Counted from the first letter of the stretch, positions 1 through 9,042 are shown. The stretch is 45,806 bases of DNA from Patescibacteria group bacterium (GCA_034722415.1 JAYENY010000006.1:1-45806); one strand, 5' to 3'. Numbers and translations: made by a program. Notes: a model not told the origin generated them from the letters alone.

Positions 1-248
1 CGAAGTTTTTTCAAATTAAGAGAAATATTAATAACGTCTTCCATCACTCCTGACAAAGTAGAAAATTCGTGCTGGACCCCTTTTATCTTTACTCGCACAA
101 TTGCAGCTCCAGATAAAGAAGAAAGAAGAACTCTGCGCAATGAATTTCCAACCGTAATACCATAACCAGGATAAAGTGATTCTATTACGAAGGTGGCTTC
201 ATTTTCTTTTTTTTCAATAACCTTTGGTGGTTTAGATGATGAAATCAT
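1..248 (-). CDS. rpoA: DNA-directed RNA polymerase alpha subunit, N-terminal fragment (continues beyond the window's left edge)
   Basis: My reverse-strand translation from the ATG at 246-248 gives [62 protein letters not shown]..., typical of the RpoA N-terminal domain. It follows rpsD as in the alpha operon. Not in the ORF track because it is truncated. Confidence 0.85.
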   Translation of the reverse strand, partial: MISSSKPPKVIEKKENEATFVIESLYPGYGITVGNSLRRVLLSSLSGAAIVRVKIKGVQHEFSTLSGVMEDVINISLNLKKL

Positions 249-328
249 AGTATAAAAAATGATTAATAATAAATTAAAGTCTTTTATTTCGCTCCCTTAT
301 TTATGAAAGCGTAAATATAAAAGAATTA

Positions 329-970
329 TTATCGTGAATAAAATTCAAAAATAGAGGAAATCTCTGCTGGAGGACTCGCCTCTTCTAATGTTGGTAATCC
401 GACTATTTCTCCTTCAACCTTTTTCTTCTCAAGCTTAAGCCAACTAGGCGTTTCATACTTCTTTAAAGAAACGTCTAATTTCTTGAACATTTCTTTTTCT
501 TTTGATTTTGGAGAAAAACTTATTTTATCCCCTTTTGTAACGCTAAAACTAGGAATATCAACCTTCTTATCATTCACTAAAAAATCGCCATGAGAAACCA
601 TCTGTCGTGCCTGTGTCCGGTTAACAGAAAAACCTAATCTAAAGACAACATTGTCTAAACGATTTTCCAATTTTCTGATTAATAATTCTGAAGGATTTTC
701 TTTGCTAGAAGAAAGACGACGTGTTCTATTAAGAACATCTTTAGCATATTTGCTAAATTGTTTCTCTCGTAATCCATACCAATTTCTTAATTTCTGTTTT
801 TCTCTCAACTCTTTACCATATTCTGACAATGGTCGTCCTCTCTTTTTCTTTACTAACCCAGGAGGATAAGCTTTCTTAATCATCGGACATTTAGCAGAAA
901 AACATTTCTCTCCTTTAAGAAATAACTTTCGTCCCGTTCTCCGACAAATTTTACATTTTGCGTCTTTCAT
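329..970 (-). CDS. rpsD: 30S ribosomal protein S4 (Cys-rich zinc-finger N-terminus)
   Basis: Track ORF of 213 aa. S4 domain motif RLDNVVFRLGF...TQARQMVSHG. N-terminal CxxC...CxxxxC. Operon position between rpsK and rpoA. Confidence 0.95.
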   Translation of the reverse strand: MKDAKCKICRRTGRKLFLKGEKCFSAKCPMIKKAYPPGLVKKKRGRPLSEYGKELREKQKLRNWYGLREKQFSKYAKDVLNRTRRLSSSKENPSELLIRKLENRLDNVVFRLGFSVNRTQARQMVSHGDFLVNDKKVDIPSFSVTKGDKISFSPKSKEKEMFKKLDVSLKKYETPSWLKLEKKKVEGEIVGLPTLEEASPPAEISSIFEFYSR

Positions 971-1003
971 TTAACTTGAATAATTAAATCTTTATAATAT
1001 CTA

Positions 1004-1459
1004 TTAAACTCTTCTCTTTTTAGGGAGTCTGCAACCATTATGTGGAATTGCAGTAACATCCTCAAGAGAAACGATATTTATTCCGTGTGAGGCTAAAGCT
1101 CTAACAGCTGATTCTCTGCCTCCACCAATTCCCTTAACTTTAATACTTATTTCATCCAGTTTTAATTTCTGAATAGTTTGTGCCATTAATTCTGCAACCC
1201 TATTAGCAGCATAAGGAGTCCCCTTTTTGGTTCCTTTAAAACCGATTTTCCCAGCACTCGCCCAAAATAAAACATTTCCCTTTTCATCTGTAAGAGTTAG
1301 TATTGTATTATTATAAGAAGAATAAATATAAACAAATCCACTCTTAAAACGTTTCTGGATATTAGGCGAAGATGCAACTTTCTGCATCTTTGATTCAATA
1401 TCTTCTCGTTCTTTCAATAACTCTTCTTCGGTTTTTTTAATAACTTTTTTCTTACCCAT
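1004..1459 (-). CDS. rpsK: 30S ribosomal protein S11 (with an approx. 20-aa N-terminal extension)
   Basis: Track ORF of 151 aa. Contains YIYSSYNNTILTLTDEKGN...GFKGTKKGTPYAA, typical of S11. Operon order supports it. Confidence 0.95.
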   Translation of the reverse strand: MGKKKVIKKTEEELLKEREDIESKMQKVASSPNIQKRFKSGFVYIYSSYNNTILTLTDEKGNVLFWASAGKIGFKGTKKGTPYAANRVAELMAQTIQKLKLDEISIKVKGIGGGRESAVRALASHGINIVSLEDVTAIPHNGCRLPKKRRV

Positions 1460-1485
1460 GATTCTAAAAAACTAAATTTTATTAA

Positions 1486-1875
1486 TTATTTCGGTGCAGG
1501 AGCCCCTTTTCTTCCTGAGCCAACTGTTTTCCTTACATTACCTCTAGCTGTTCTTGAGTTAACTCTAGTAGTCTGCCCTCTAACGGGTAATCCTTTTTTA
1601 TGTCGAAGTCCGCGCCAGGAATCGATATCTTTTAATCTCTTAATAGACATCATGCGAATTTTACGAATATCTCCTTCAACTTTATAACTTGCTGTAATAA
1701 TCTCTTGAATTTTGTGTGCTTCGTCGCTTTTTAGTGTATCTACTTTCCTGTCTGGTTCAATACCGGCTTCCTTTAAAATCTTCTTGCTCAAAGTTCTGCC
1801 TATTCCAAGAACATAGGTTAATCCAATCTCTATTTGTTTTGTGGGCGGCAAATTAACGCCTGATATTCTTACCAT
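1486..1875 (-). CDS. rpsM: 30S ribosomal protein S13
   Basis: Track ORF of 129 aa. The MVRISGVNLP...GLTYVLGIG N-terminus is typical of S13. Operon order supports it. Confidence 0.95.
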   Translation of the reverse strand: MVRISGVNLPPTKQIEIGLTYVLGIGRTLSKKILKEAGIEPDRKVDTLKSDEAHKIQEIITASYKVEGDIRKIRMMSIKRLKDIDSWRGLRHKKGLPVRGQTTRVNSRTARGNVRKTVGSGRKGAPAPK

Positions 1876-1878
1876 AGA

Positions 1879-1995
1879 TTATTTTCCTTGTCTTTGTTTG
1901 TGTTTAGGATTTTTGCAAATAACATAAACACGGCCCTTTCTTCTCACGACTTTACACTTATTACAAATTTTCTTTACTGAAGATCTGACTTTCAT
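1879..1995 (-). CDS. rpmJ: 50S ribosomal protein L36 (Cys-containing form)
   Basis: Not in the track (38 aa). My translation is [38 protein letters not shown]. Classic L36 located between infA and rpsM. Confidence 0.9.
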   Translation of the reverse strand: MKVRSSVKKICNKCKVVRRKGRVYVICKNPKHKQRQGK

Positions 1996-2040
1996 AATAA
2001 AAAACAAATATTCCTATATTTGCAAAACTTAATTAGTAGA

Positions 2041-2262
2041 CTATTTCTTTCTATAGACTATTCTTCCTCTATCATCTTCAAGTGAAGCCATCTCTACTGT
2101 TACCCTGTCTCCTGGTAAAATCTTAATCCTGTGTATTCTCAGTTTTCCAGCCAAATGTGCCAAAACAACCTTATCGTTGTCTAATTTAACTCTAAAAAGA
2201 GTGCTTGGCAACGCCTCTTCGACTATTCCATCTATTCTATTGGTTTCTTTTTTTGGACTCAT
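2041..2262 (-). CDS. infA: translation initiation factor IF-1
   Basis: Track ORF of 73 aa. S1-like fold sequence GIVEEALPSTLFRVKLDNDKVVLAHLAGKLRIHRIKILPGDRVTVEM. Confidence 0.95.
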   Translation of the reverse strand: MSPKKETNRIDGIVEEALPSTLFRVKLDNDKVVLAHLAGKLRIHRIKILPGDRVTVEMASLEDDRGRIVYRKK

Positions 2263-2314
2263 TAATAAACAGTGATTAGAAGCATAACATTATTTAATTT
2301 AAGAGTCAACCGAT

Positions 2315-3622
2315 TTATTCAAACATTATAGCTATTTCAACCTTGTCTGGCTCAATGGCTACATTCCGTGCCCAAAATGGTTTAAACTCAATTTTAGGTG
2401 GTTCTAATAACTCTGGACAAATTTCTAGCGCATACCTTGAAATATCACTCCTTCCCCTGCCCTTAACAATCTCTCGTAAAGAACTTTCGTCTATTTTAGA
2501 ATAAACATCAACTGAAATTTCTAGATTTTCTTTAATCTCTTCTCCTTTAACCATGGTAGCTCCTCCTAAAACCCTCTCTGCTTCTGGTAAAAATTTAACT
2601 GTTAAAAATTCTTCTACAAAATCTTTATGTGCAGCTAAGCTAGAAATAACATATTCTTTAGCAAATTCTACGAGAAAACTAGTTTGCACTTTAAGTCCTG
2701 TTGCCCTAACTTTTATTTCATAAGTAAATGTGCTTGTTTCTTGTCCTTTCTCCGCATTTACTGCGCTTCCCTTGACAAACTCTAATTCTATACTCTTATC
2801 TAATATCTTGAAATTAGGACCAGCTGCATTTTTTAGTGCTACTTTAATTTCTTCGCGCGCTATCTCTAAAAGTTGCTTTTGCGCATTATCTAGTCCTTGC
2901 TGAGTAATTTTATGTGCGATATCCTTTCTTCCTCCTTCCATGTCAGAGAAAGATTCACCAAAAACATTATAATATAGTTGTGGAGGAGCAAAGTTTCTTA
3001 AACCAGGGATAGAAAAGATACATGGCTCAATATTATATTCCTCTCCATTCTCACTAGCTACAACAGAAACATCAACATGCCCTCCCATGGGAATAGTTAT
3101 CTTTTCTTGAGTATGGAATTGACGGATCGGTTCACTAGAAGAAAGAAATCTTGTTCCCTCTACCAAGCTAAGTGTTCTTGTGTGCTTATTATAAACCCTA
3201 ATTGTTCCATGAGCTTTTTCCTCTACGCCAACTTCGGAAGAAGGAAATTCTTTAGTAAATGTTTTCTCTAGCTCTATTGGGACAGCAGGAATAATGGTTT
3301 CAGACAAATCAATTGTAGATAAGAGAAATTCAGAGCTAGAAGTAGAAAAAACAATATTGGTGTTAAGTGTTAGCTTATCTATATGTGGGAAAAGTTCTAT
3401 TCTAACAGTTTTAGCAACAGAGAAAAACCAATAAATAACAATTGCAGATACAATCAGGGCCAAGGTCAAAAATGCCTTCTTTTTGGAAAAAGTTGGATAT
3501 TGCCTTTGTCTTTTTTCTTTAACCCTTCTAGTTGGTCTTTTAATTAAAACTTTTTTAGACCTGCCTATTAGTTCCTCTCTTTTTCCTGGTGGAATAATAT
3601 CGTAGACTTTCTTTTTTGCCAT
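2315..3622 (-). CDS. hypothetical membrane-anchored protein (basic N-terminus, one TM helix, large extracytoplasmic domain)
   Basis: Track ORF of 435 aa. Lys/Arg-rich N-terminus, then the hydrophobic segment AFLTLALIVSAIVIYWFF. I recognise no family. Tightly packed between alaS and infA. Confidence 0.6.
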   Translation of the reverse strand: MAKKKVYDIIPPGKREELIGRSKKVLIKRPTRRVKEKRQRQYPTFSKKKAFLTLALIVSAIVIYWFFSVAKTVRIELFPHIDKLTLNTNIVFSTSSSEFLLSTIDLSETIIPAVPIELEKTFTKEFPSSEVGVEEKAHGTIRVYNKHTRTLSLVEGTRFLSSSEPIRQFHTQEKITIPMGGHVDVSVVASENGEEYNIEPCIFSIPGLRNFAPPQLYYNVFGESFSDMEGGRKDIAHKITQQGLDNAQKQLLEIAREEIKVALKNAAGPNFKILDKSIELEFVKGSAVNAEKGQETSTFTYEIKVRATGLKVQTSFLVEFAKEYVISSLAAHKDFVEEFLTVKFLPEAERVLGGATMVKGEEIKENLEISVDVYSKIDESSLREIVKGRGRSDISRYALEICPELLEPPKIEFKPFWARNVAIEPDKVEIAIMFE

Positions 3623-3623
3623 A

Positions 3624-5366
3624 TTAATTTAATATTGCTTTAATTCTTCTAATGCCCGAACCTATTGACTCTTGTTTAATAATTTTAAATCTCCCAAGGT
3701 GTCCTGTCTTATTAGCGTGTGGCCCAGCACAGATCTCTTTAGAGAAATCATTTATTGAATAAACACTCACCCTATTTGGATATTTCTCTTTAAAAAATGA
3801 CAAAGCTCCATCTTGAATCGCTTCATCAAGTTCTAATTCTTCTTTCTTAATTTCTAAATTCTCCCTTATCTTTCCATTAATTAAATCTTCTATGTCCGCT
3901 ACTTCTTGATCAGTTAATTTTCTATCAAAAGAAAAATCAAACCTTAATCTTTCGCTCGTAATATTAGAACCCATTTGTTTAAGACTATCTGTTAAAATTT
4001 TTCTTAATGCAGCGTGTAAAAGATGCGTAGCAGTATGAAGTTTTATCGCTTGTTCATTCTGGTCTTCCTTACCAAGGCCACCGAACTTTTTCTCTGCTCC
4101 AACTCGAGAAATCTTTTTGTGCTCTTCTTGTAGTTTATAGAAATCTTCTATATTTTTTACCTCCTTAGAATCATCTTTTGCCCAAGACAAGCTAACTTCT
4201 AGTGGCACGCTATGAGTAGAATATAGATTAAAAATTGCTTTTCCAGTTAATTCCGTCAATTTATCATATTCTTTCCTGCCTGCTTTTATGGATGAAAAAA
4301 ATGTATCCTCTTCTTTTTGTATAACTGTCAAAATATCTTGCTTCTTACTCTCAAGCTCGGGATAAATATCTTTATAAATTTCAATTACTTTTTCTGCTAC
4401 ATCTGTTAAAAGACTCTCGCCCCCATCTATTGATTTCTTACACCTTATTGCTTTCCTTAATAATCTCCTTAAAACGTATCCTTTGTCAACTTTGGATGGC
4501 ATTATGCCTTCGCTTATTAAAAAACATGACCCCTTAATATGATCCGCAATAATTCTTACTTCTTCAATTTTTTTATCATTACCAATTATATTAATAAGTG
4601 ATTCAAATAAATCTGTTTCAAAAATTGTCTCCTTGCCCTGACTTGCGGCAGCTAATCTTTCTAATCCTAGGCCGGTATCAATTCCTTTTTTACCCCCCTT
4701 ATCTTCTATGGGGAATACTTTTTTATTCGCATCCTGATAATATTCATTAAAAACTAAGCTCCAGAGCTCAACAAATCTTCCGCAATTACATCCAAATACA
4801 CACTTTTCTCCTTTCTCGCAAGGATTATCTTTTAGCTCAAAATAAATATCTATTGTTGGCCCGCAAGGCCCCTCTGTTCCAGTAGGTCCCCAGAAGTTAT
4901 CTTCTCGTCCCATAGGGACAATCCTTTCTTTTAAAATATTATTACTAATCAGGATCTCTTTGGATTCGATATCTTCTGGTGCTTCTGAATCTCCTCCAAA
5001 ATAGCTAAACCACAGTTTATCTATTGGTAAATCACAATTCTCAAGAAAAAACTGAAGTGCTAATTTAACTGTTTCTTCTTTAAAATAATCATTGAAACTG
5101 AAATTGCCAAGCATCTCGAAAAAAGTAAGATGACTGTCATCTCCAACATCATCAATATCAGAGGTTCTTAAACATTTTTGACAACTTGCCGTTATTTTCC
5201 CAAATGGTGATTCTTTGTCTAAATAATATGGTTTAAATTGTTGCATTCCCGAGGTGGTAAAAAGGACTGATGGATCGCTAGGAATTAACGAAAAGGAAGG
5301 CACTATTTTGTGTCCTTTTTTTTCAAAAAAATCGAAAAATTCTTTACGAAGAGAATTAGATTTCAT
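3624..5366 (-). CDS. alaS: alanine--tRNA ligase, short form lacking the C-terminal (C-Ala/DHHA1-like) domain
   Basis: Track ORF 3624..5396. I prefer the internal ATG at 5366 (MKSNSLRKEFFDFFEKKGH..., the typical AlaRS N-terminus), which also removes the overlap with the upstream gene. The editing-domain motifs HTATHLLH and CAGPH are present near the C-terminus. Confidence 0.9.
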   Translation of the reverse strand: MKSNSLRKEFFDFFEKKGHKIVPSFSLIPSDPSVLFTTSGMQQFKPYYLDKESPFGKITASCQKCLRTSDIDDVGDDSHLTFFEMLGNFSFNDYFKEETVKLALQFFLENCDLPIDKLWFSYFGGDSEAPEDIESKEILISNNILKERIVPMGREDNFWGPTGTEGPCGPTIDIYFELKDNPCEKGEKCVFGCNCGRFVELWSLVFNEYYQDANKKVFPIEDKGGKKGIDTGLGLERLAAASQGKETIFETDLFESLINIIGNDKKIEEVRIIADHIKGSCFLISEGIMPSKVDKGYVLRRLLRKAIRCKKSIDGGESLLTDVAEKVIEIYKDIYPELESKKQDILTVIQKEEDTFFSSIKAGRKEYDKLTELTGKAIFNLYSTHSVPLEVSLSWAKDDSKEVKNIEDFYKLQEEHKKISRVGAEKKFGGLGKEDQNEQAIKLHTATHLLHAALRKILTDSLKQMGSNITSERLRFDFSFDRKLTDQEVADIEDLINGKIRENLEIKKEELELDEAIQDGALSFFKEKYPNRVSVYSINDFSKEICAGPHANKTGHLGRFKIIKQESIGSGIRRIKAILN

Positions 5367-5376
5367 TATTAATTCT

Positions 5377-5886
5377 TTAACTAAATCGATCCGCAATTAC
5401 AGAAGCTACATATGCTTCTGGCTTTATTTTCGCCTCAAAACCATTGCTCTTAATTAAACCAACTAGCTCTTTTATCATATCTCGAGTAGCTCCATTTTCG
5501 CCAATATCAGCATGGATATAGCGAAATTCATAATTAAGCAAATCTTTAAATTTAAGTGCTCTTTCTTCCATCGCTTCTCTTAAAACTAGTGCCAATCTGC
5601 AAGATAGTAAAACTTCTTCTGAAATTCTTTGATGAAGATTGTAGAATTTTCTATTCTTATACTTTACTTTTTTTAAAAAAAATCTCCCTCCCCAACCTTT
5701 CCGTAAAACAACTATAGCAATAGGAAAAGAAGGCTCTTCTGAAGAAGAGGAATCGCATCCTACAATAATTTCATAATTATGTTCCGGCTCTTCTTGAACA
5801 TATGAAAAAATTTCATCTAAAACTTTTTCGAAATTTAAATCTCCCCTTGTAGGGTTATAAAATTGTCCTGATATTATATCTTCCAC
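5377..5886 (-). CDS. RNase H-like YkuK/DUF458-family protein (tentative)
   Basis: Track ORF of 169 aa. My recollection of the YkuK family layout (about 170 aa, VGCDSS acidic motif near residue 45). Not verified by search. Confidence 0.45.
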   Translation of the reverse strand: MEDIISGQFYNPTRGDLNFEKVLDEIFSYVQEEPEHNYEIIVGCDSSSSEEPSFPIAIVVLRKGWGGRFFLKKVKYKNRKFYNLHQRISEEVLLSCRLALVLREAMEERALKFKDLLNYEFRYIHADIGENGATRDMIKELVGLIKSNGFEAKIKPEAYVASVIADRFS

Positions 5887-5899
5887 GCTTTGAATATTA

Positions 5900-6652
5900 T
5901 CAAAATTTCTTTAAGATAGCAATAAATTCTTTTGAATCTAAAGATGCGCCACCGACCAAAGCTCCCTCCATTCTTGCTTCTTTAATATATCCTAAAATAT
6001 TATTAGATCTTACGTTCCCGCCAAATATAATCCTTATTTTCTTAGAAATCGGTCTGTTATAAGTCTCTAATATAATTTTTCTAATTAGAATCTGTATACC
6101 AAGAGCATCTTCAAAATCACAATTCTTACGATTGCTAGTCGTGCTAATGGCCCAAACTGGCTCATAAGCAATTACAATTTTTCCAACTTGATTTCTAGAA
6201 ATACTTTCTAGCCCCTCTTTTATCTGATTTCTTAAAATTCGAAATGTTTTCCCCGTCTCTTTTTCCCCATTTGTTTCGCCGACACATAATATAGGCGTAA
6301 TCTTTTCAGCCAAACAAGCCTTTATTTTCTGATTAATTCTTTTATTAGTTTCCCCTATAGCTCTTCTTTCGCTATGTCCTACGATAACATATTTACAACC
6401 AACATCTTTAAGCATTTTGGCAGAAACTTGCCCAGTAAAAGCCCCTTCTTTCCAAAAAACATCCTGGCTTCCTAATTTAATATTTTTACCTGTTATTTTA
6501 TTTAATCCAGGCAAAAAAACAAAAGGAGGACAAACTATTATATCTACATTTAATTTTTTACCTAAGCCTTTTTTTATTTCAAACAAAAGCTTTTTTGCTC
6601 CAGCAAGAGTTGCTGGGTTAGCCTTCCAGTTTGCAATAACCAAAGATTTCAT
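5900..6652 (-). CDS. tpiA: triosephosphate isomerase
   Basis: Track ORF of 250 aa. Motifs IANWK, VGHSERR, AYEPVWAIST, GGASL. Confidence 0.93.
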   Translation of the reverse strand: MKSLVIANWKANPATLAGAKKLLFEIKKGLGKKLNVDIIVCPPFVFLPGLNKITGKNIKLGSQDVFWKEGAFTGQVSAKMLKDVGCKYVIVGHSERRAIGETNKRINQKIKACLAEKITPILCVGETNGEKETGKTFRILRNQIKEGLESISRNQVGKIVIAYEPVWAISTTSNRKNCDFEDALGIQILIRKIILETYNRPISKKIRIIFGGNVRSNNILGYIKEARMEGALVGGASLDSKEFIAILKKF

Positions 6653-7707
6653 ACCACCTGTTTTTTTAAATATTCTGCTGCTTTCTCAGGCTCAATAGTA
6701 GAAATTTCGATGCCAGTACACATCTCAAAACCAGCCATAGTCGCTGTTTTAGGCGCAATAACCCAATGCCAATGATAGTAATCGTGTTTTCTACCATCAC
6801 ATGGAGCTGTTTGGAGAAAAAAGTTATATGGAGGATCACTTAACCCTTTATTCAATTTTCTCATTGCCATAAAGAATGCTTCAGCTAATAATTTTTTCTG
6901 AGTTTCGGTTATCTTCTCAAAATATGGCAAATGTTTTTTCGGAGTAATAGATATCTCAAAAGCAGTCTTCGAGGCAAACGGACAAACAACTAAAAATTCT
7001 TTATTCTCAAAAATAAGGCGTTCATTGTATTTTTTATCCGCTTTATTCATTTGGCAATGACCACATTTTTTATGATGTTTGTAATAATTCTTTGCTCCTG
7101 ATAGGCTTCTCTTAATTTTCGGATCAATAACTGGTGTAGCAATAATCTGGGAATGAGGATGCGCAACAGAAGCACCAGCTTCAACTCCATGATTATGAAA
7201 AATAGAAATATAGTTAATGTGAGATTCTTTCATTATTTCCAAATATCTTGCTTGATAAACATCTATCAATTCTTTTATCTGCTCTACTGTAAATTCAGCA
7301 ATCTGTTTTGTGTGGTGGCGTGTGACAACCACTTCAGCTACTCCATAAGCGTTCATAAGGCTATGAAGCCCTCTTTTCCTAATGTCTAGACCATTTTGCT
7401 TAACAAAGGCTGGATATTTATTTGGAATAACAACCACACTCCAATCTTTTGGAATTAATGGAGTTTTTTCTCCGTTATTATAAGAATAAGTGCTTAATTC
7501 TCCCTTTCTAGATATTAACCATGGCGGTGCTTGAACTTCAATATTACAAAAGAAGCAATCTTTTTTAGGCACCACTTTTTTAATCCTTGTTTCTTTCTTA
7601 AATGTATCTGGTCTCTGCCCTCTGCCAGTAGCAATAACAACCCAATCTCCTGATATTAAAGCAAAACGAAGCTCTGAAGGAAATTTCAGCTTTTTATTTT
7701 TTGGCAT
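6649..7707 (-). CDS. galT: galactose-1-phosphate uridylyltransferase-like (GalT/HIT superfamily) nucleotidyltransferase
   Basis: Track ORF of 352 aa. CxxC zinc motif (DCFFCN) and the HPHSQI active-site His-Pro-His. Specificity (UDP- versus ADP-hexose) is not determinable here. Confidence 0.75.
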   Translation of the reverse strand: MPKNKKLKFPSELRFALISGDWVVIATGRGQRPDTFKKETRIKKVVPKKDCFFCNIEVQAPPWLISRKGELSTYSYNNGEKTPLIPKDWSVVVIPNKYPAFVKQNGLDIRKRGLHSLMNAYGVAEVVVTRHHTKQIAEFTVEQIKELIDVYQARYLEIMKESHINYISIFHNHGVEAGASVAHPHSQIIATPVIDPKIKRSLSGAKNYYKHHKKCGHCQMNKADKKYNERLIFENKEFLVVCPFASKTAFEISITPKKHLPYFEKITETQKKLLAEAFFMAMRKLNKGLSDPPYNFFLQTAPCDGRKHDYYHWHWVIAPKTATMAGFEMCTGIEISTIEPEKAAEYLKKQVV

Positions 7708-8422
7708 ATTTTCCTAAGATTAAATCTTTTCTCAACTTTAACATATCACTAAACATCCTTATAATATCTTTCATTTTAACCTTGCTTTCTAAATCATTAA
7801 CCCATCTAATTGGAACTTCTTTGATTTTATACTTTAATCGTTTAGCTAAAACTAAACTCTCAACATCAAAATTAAAACCTTTAGTTTTAACTTTAGAAAA
7901 AACATCTTCAGCTGCTTTAGCAGAAAATCCTTTAAATCCACACTGTGTATCTTGAAGACTCCAAAGGCCTAGAATAAATTTTCTAATAAGTTTAAAACTA
8001 TCTCCTAAAATGACTTTTCTTATCCATGGTTGAGGTGGGTCAAGAACTGCTCCTTTAACATCGCGAGAGCCAATAACAAGATCAAAGCCTTTTTCAAACC
8101 ATGGCCACATTTTTTCTACTTGATCGACAGAGGTAGAATTATCTGCATCTGTAAATAATCGATAATCCCCTTTTGCCTCAAGCATGCCTTGTGTTACCAC
8201 TCCTCCCTTCCCTTGATTCTTCTTATTATCAATTAATCTTAGGTTGGGAATTGTAAATTCCAAATCTTTTACGACTTGAGCGGTATTATCTTTAGAACCA
8301 TCATTAACAACTACAATTTCATAATCGTAATCTTGTTTCGTAAGATAACTGCTAATAGAACTAAGTGTTTTGGGCACCCTCTTTTCCTCATTGTACGCAG
8401 GAATAACAACTGATAATTTCAT
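7694..8422 (-). CDS. family 2 glycosyltransferase (dolichyl/polyprenyl-phosphate glucosyltransferase-like)
   Basis: Track ORF of 242 aa. LSVVIPAYNEE...VVNDGSKDNT...FTDADNS, a typical GT2 (GT-A) signature. Confidence 0.85.
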   Translation of the reverse strand: MKLSVVIPAYNEEKRVPKTLSSISSYLTKQDYDYEIVVVNDGSKDNTAQVVKDLEFTIPNLRLIDNKKNQGKGGVVTQGMLEAKGDYRLFTDADNSTSVDQVEKMWPWFEKGFDLVIGSRDVKGAVLDPPQPWIRKVILGDSFKLIRKFILGLWSLQDTQCGFKGFSAKAAEDVFSKVKTKGFNFDVESLVLAKRLKYKIKEVPIRWVNDLESKVKMKDIIRMFSDMLKLRKDLILGKYAKK

Positions 8423-8469
8423 AAAATTATATTAATAATTAACCTTTATTAAATTGTAGCAGAAAATCT

Positions 8470-8501
8470 AAAAAAAAGAAAAGGGCGCACAATGTGCACC
8501 C
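8470..8501 (-). terminator. rho-independent terminator of the G+C-rich cassette A
   Basis: Minus strand reads GGGTGCAC-ATT-GTGCGCCC (8-bp stem, one G:U pair) followed by TTTTCTTTTTTTT, 17 nt after the stop of the 113-aa ORF. Confidence 0.75.
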
Positions 8502-8517
8502 AGAGAAAGACTCTTTA

Positions 8518-8859
8518 CTAGTTCCATAGCTGAAACAGAAAGTCGTCTATATCATCTCTAGCAACGATAACGAAGACGACACTTATTACAGCAACAATTA
8601 TGCAAACAACCATCAATTGTAACAAATTGTGGATATATAGCGCCAAGCACACTCCACTCCACATCAATGTCATGCCTATGGCATGCCAAAGAACTCCTGA
8701 TCGAGCTTTGCTCCAAATAGTAGGTCCGAATGTTATTATAATCCCTCCTGCAGCAACTAGCACAGCTGATACCAATAAGTTGTGATGTATCAAACCAAAC
8801 GTTGCTGCTAGAATAGCACAGCCAAACCCTGCGACAAACAGACCTATCTTAAGACTCAT
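8518..8859 (-). CDS. small integral membrane protein (approx. 4 TM segments), unknown function; cassette A gene 2
   Basis: Track ORF of 113 aa, hydrophobic throughout. Strong SD AAGGGAGGAAAG immediately upstream of the ATG. Higher G+C than its neighbours. Has its own terminator. Confidence 0.7.
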   Translation of the reverse strand: MSLKIGLFVAGFGCAILAATFGLIHHNLLVSAVLVAAGGIIITFGPTIWSKARSGVLWHAIGMTLMWSGVCLALYIHNLLQLMVVCIIVAVISVVFVIVARDDIDDFLFQLWN

Positions 8860-8975
8860 CTTTCCTCCCTTAAAAAGGATTCGATCTTTGCTAAGCGAAC
8901 ATCACATTGATTTGGTTTATTGTTGCCAAGCTCAAACGAAAACGCAACAAGCCCTATCGGAGCTGAACGATTCAT
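8856..8975 (-). CDS. 39-codon small ORF translationally coupled to the downstream membrane protein; cassette A gene 1
   Basis: Not in the track. My translation is MNRSAPIGLVAFSFELGNNKPNQCDVRLAKIESFLREER. GGAGG sits 5 nt upstream of the ATG (8973-8975). Its TGA overlaps the next ATG (ATGA at 8856-8859). Confidence 0.45.
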   Translation of the reverse strand: MNRSAPIGLVAFSFELGNNKPNQCDVRLAKIESFLREER

Positions 8976-9013
8976 GTCTGCCTCCTATTCTTTTGTTTAT
9001 GAGCTAATATAGA

Positions 9014-9042
9014 AGATTACAATCTTCTTCTTATTCTGTCAA
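9014..9042 (-). promoter_or_regulatory. putative sigma70-type promoter of cassette A (TTGACA-N17-TAATCT)
   Basis: TTGACA on the minus strand at 9037-9042, inside the last codons of map. A TAATCT -10-like hexamer at 9014-9019. The spacer contains the palindrome GAAGATTGTAATCTTC. Confidence 0.35.

Noticed and set aside
9014-9027. A 14-nt exact repeat AGATTACAATCTTC at 9014-9027 and 26773-26786, both near cassette promoters, as a possible shared operator or insertion scar
   Set aside because: For a 45.8-kb AT-rich sequence, several exact 14-mer repeats are expected by chance (my rough estimate is about 2e9 position pairs against 4^14). The motif also contains a generic -10-like TACAAT. It is not significant without further copies elsewhere in the genome.
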